DNA of 38,024 bases from a virus. Its lineage: Duplodnaviria > Heunggongvirae > Uroviricota > Caudoviricetes. Under the pieces are notes generated by a model that saw only the letters and a list, made by a program, of their open reading frames with translations, was not told the origin of the DNA and searched no databases. Each line of letters begins with the position of its first letter. Position 1 is the first letter of the stretch. Made by a program: the position numbers and the translations under genes. Below are positions 35,657 to 38,024 of the stretch, piece by piece. The stretch lies in IMG/VR virus record IMGVR_UViG_2531839235_000024; one strand, 5' to 3'.

Positions 35657-37747
35657 TCAGGCCAGCGGGTCATTTTCTTTTAATTTCGCTTCCAGCAACT
35701 GCAATCCCCGCTGGAAATTACGCTCGTATTCTTCATCAGGTTCATCGTCAGCGACCGGTTGCTGAACGGTCACCGTATTACCCACAGGGCGGTATATGTT
35801 TTCCAGCCAGGGCTCCTGCGGCTTGTGCTCCAGCACGTTGACAACCTCATCCTCGGCATCACGGATTTTTTCCTCTGCGCGTTTACGCATGCCTTTAAGG
35901 CGTTGCTGCTGTTTGTAGTATTCCGCGCTAACCGGGAAGGCTTCGCGTTTATTACCGTCCCATACCGCCTCGCAAATCACGCTGCCATCCAGGCGACGTA
36001 CGGTAATTCGTTCGGCATCATGAATGTCATAGCTGATAAGCACCTTACGACCATGCTCGTCACGCAGCTCGGGCGCGTAGTAAATATTATTCAGCCAGCG
36101 TATTTCACAGCGTCTTACAGGGCGTTCCACCATCGGCCGGAACATATCCCGCAGCTCAACATCGGACAGCCATTCAATTTCCGTGTCCTCTTCCGCCAGG
36201 CGTTTTTTTCTGAACTCCGCCGGGCTGTAATGCTTGCCGTTCGGCTTCACCGGTAATTCATCGTGCGGCCGGTTGTTGTACCACTCAACACCGTCACGAA
36301 TGGCATCAATCAGTTCAGACCAGGACGGTAAATCACGCATCGCTGACTGCTGCCGGGCGTTCAGCCGTTTGCCCTGTTGCAGGGCAGTAAATGCCGAGCG
36401 TAAATCGCGGTTGGTTTTGCGTAACGTCTCGCGATCTGCACCTTTCCCGAAATAGGTGCGGTATTTACGGGCTATGCGCATCGGTAATGTGCGGTTAAGC
36501 CGTTCGATAATGCCTCGTCCCTGCGGATTACCGGCAATCCCGGTCGGGTGGTTAATCCCCAGTCGCGGCAGTATCCCCACAACCTCCTTATCCAGGATGT
36601 CGGCGGTTTCCCCGGAGCCGTTATCCGAGTAATACAGAAACGGTTTGCCGTGATGGCGAATGCCGTGCTGTATGGCACCGGCTACGGCGAAAACATTTTC
36701 AGCCAGGTCAAGGCTCCAGCCCACCACAAAGCGCGTGCCACCGTCGATAACAAAGGTCACTTCCGGTGCAAATGGCCGACCGTGAACCGGGTGTGCGCAT
36801 TTCAGCTTCATGCCGTGACCGTCACCAATCCAGACATAATTCACCGGCATTCTGGACCAGTCGCGGCGCGTGAATCCCTCAAGCTGGCGGTATTCACTGC
36901 CGGTCACCCGGCCTTTTTGTTTCACCACTTCCGGCAGTTTCTTCATTGCGCGGCGAATGGTGTCATAAGACGGCATGATATCGAGCATATAAGGCTCATC
37001 AGCGTGCCGGTGCTGCCATTCAGCGACAAAATCCTCGTAAGCCTCGGTCATTGGTCGGCCGTTTGACTGGCGATACTGCGCCAGAAATTCGGGCAGCCAG
37101 TTAATATCTTCGGCTTTTATTTCCTGGCGCTTACCCGGTGCCAGTAAAAGCAGGCGTTCAGCGGCGTTCTGCGCCTTGTTAAAGGCCGCAATCCAGCGTT
37201 TCAGCGTTATTTCACTCAACGCACGGCTGTTTCCCTTTTTGGCGTTCGCCGTCTCAACCATTGCCACAATGCGCTCGTCCAGTTGCGAACGTGCCAGGTT
37301 GTCAACGATAAACCGGATAGCTTTCGCACAGCTGAAACCGGGTTGTTGCGCGACTTTCATCACTTCGCTGACGATCGCGATTCGTGCATCAGCCACCTGG
37401 CGCTGGTTTTCAGTCAGGGCATTAAGGCGTTCAACCATCAGTTGTGGTGATCCGCGATATGCCTCCACCGCATCAACCACGGCAGGCGAGCGTCTGGCCT
37501 TTGTCACCACCGGAGCCGGTGATTCATCAGCTTTTTGCGTCATCAGTTGAAGGGCATAACGTTCACGCAATACTTGTTGCGCGCCAGAAGGCAAACAATC
37601 GATATTAAATTCGATTGCTTTTGTCCCCTTACGTTTGCGTAACATGGCTGCATTTCCCGCAGCTGCTTTTGTGAGTCGATGGCGAATGTTATGTTCCATC
37701 ATTGGTAAATCAGGAAGACCAACACATTCTTTTGCTGTTACCCACAT
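35657..37747 (-). CDS. A: DDE transposase A (MuA)
   Basis: 696 aa; N-terminus MWVTAKECVGLPDLP parallels Mu A MELWVSPKECANLPGLP; size and position (ner-A-B). Confidence 0.9.
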   Translation of the reverse strand: MWVTAKECVGLPDLPMMEHNIRHRLTKAAAGNAAMLRKRKGTKAIEFNIDCLPSGAQQVLRERYALQLMTQKADESPAPVVTKARRSPAVVDAVEAYRGSPQLMVERLNALTENQRQVADARIAIVSEVMKVAQQPGFSCAKAIRFIVDNLARSQLDERIVAMVETANAKKGNSRALSEITLKRWIAAFNKAQNAAERLLLLAPGKRQEIKAEDINWLPEFLAQYRQSNGRPMTEAYEDFVAEWQHRHADEPYMLDIMPSYDTIRRAMKKLPEVVKQKGRVTGSEYRQLEGFTRRDWSRMPVNYVWIGDGHGMKLKCAHPVHGRPFAPEVTFVIDGGTRFVVGWSLDLAENVFAVAGAIQHGIRHHGKPFLYYSDNGSGETADILDKEVVGILPRLGINHPTGIAGNPQGRGIIERLNRTLPMRIARKYRTYFGKGADRETLRKTNRDLRSAFTALQQGKRLNARQQSAMRDLPSWSELIDAIRDGVEWYNNRPHDELPVKPNGKHYSPAEFRKKRLAEEDTEIEWLSDVELRDMFRPMVERPVRRCEIRWLNNIYYAPELRDEHGRKVLISYDIHDAERITVRRLDGSVICEAVWDGNKREAFPVSAEYYKQQQRLKGMRKRAEEKIRDAEDEVVNVLEHKPQEPWLENIYRPVGNTVTVQQPVADDEPDEEYERNFQRGLQLLEAKLKENDPLA

Positions 37748-37757
37748 ACATCCCCCA

Positions 37758-38024
37758 TCAAGCCACTTCTCTGGCGTCCACCTGGTATCTGCTGGGCCAG
37801 ATTACAGCAGGTTCAACCCCTATTTTTTCGGCGATGGCGGCTTCGTATTTACGGCACTGGCGGTAAAACACATTGCGCATTGATCCGCTTTTTAATCCTA
37901 ACTCCCTTTCCAGTTCAGGGAGGTCTGTGCCTTTGTTTTCAAGGGCTGCATATACCGCTTTAGCAGACCAGTCACACCCCTCTCGAACAAACAAATTATT
38001 CGATGCTTGTCTGGATACCCTCAT
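37758..38024 (-). CDS. ner: Ner-like DNA-binding regulator (Nlp/Ner family); start coincides with the window edge
   Basis: C-terminal EPAVIWPSRYQ matches the Ner/Nlp signature (Mu Ner KPEVIWPSRYQ); immediately upstream of A. Confidence 0.8.
   Translation of the reverse strand: MRVSRQASNNLFVREGCDWSAKAVYAALENKGTDLPELERELGLKSGSMRNVFYRQCRKYEAAIAEKIGVEPAVIWPSRYQVDAREVA

Larger units (their letters stand above)
263..38024 (-). mobile_element. Mu-like transposable prophage, right end to ner (left end and repressor outside window)
   Basis: Colinear Mu gene order on the minus strand: ner, A, B, gam, gemA, Mor/C, lys, terminase, portal, F, G, I, T, sheath, tube, tape measure, baseplate, tail fibre, gin, com, mom. 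No tyrosine integrase. Terminus position is approximate (TG at 263-264 adjacent to the outermost TTTGATACC repeat). Confidence 0.85.

Noticed and set aside
263-38024. Possibility that the element is an integrase-type (lambdoid or P2-like) prophage
   Set aside because: No tyrosine or serine integrase; instead a DDE transposase A and ATPase B pair with ner, gam, gemA, Mor/C, gin and com-mom in Mu order. The Gin serine recombinase is an invertase, not an integrase.
1-38024. CRISPR arrays, rRNA genes or IS elements
   Set aside because: No regularly spaced direct repeats with unique spacers, no rRNA-like sequence and no IS-type short transposase with terminal inverted repeats were seen; the only repeats are the gix-associated inverted repeats and the prophage end motifs.

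Overview
Almost the whole window (about 263 to 38024) is a Mu-like transposable prophage lying on the minus strand, inserted into a host sugar-ABC-transporter permease gene whose 5' fragment occupies 1..~262. All calls are from reading the ORF translations and sequence by eye; no searches were run. Reading in phage order (high to low coordinates): ner at the window edge, transposase A, ATPase B, a semi-essential early region including Gam and GemA, one Mor/C-family activator, a lysis cassette (SAR endolysin plus overlapping spanins), then terminase, portal, head and contractile-tail genes in Mu order, a tail-fibre gene, a Gin invertase with its invertible segment, and com-mom next to the right end. 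The repressor c and the left end lie beyond 38024. The parts most worth follow-up are: (1) a compact 1.4 kb Gin-invertible segment inside the tail-fibre gene that swaps the fibre C-terminus but carries only one chaperone gene; (2) a 682-aa SASA/SGNH-type carbohydrate esterase inserted between gin and com-mom; (3) a small-gene cassette beside it, including a 56-aa zinc-ribbon ORF absent from the ORF track; (4) an AT-rich four-gene cassette of small, partly membrane proteins in the early region. No rRNA, tRNA, CRISPR array or integrase was found.
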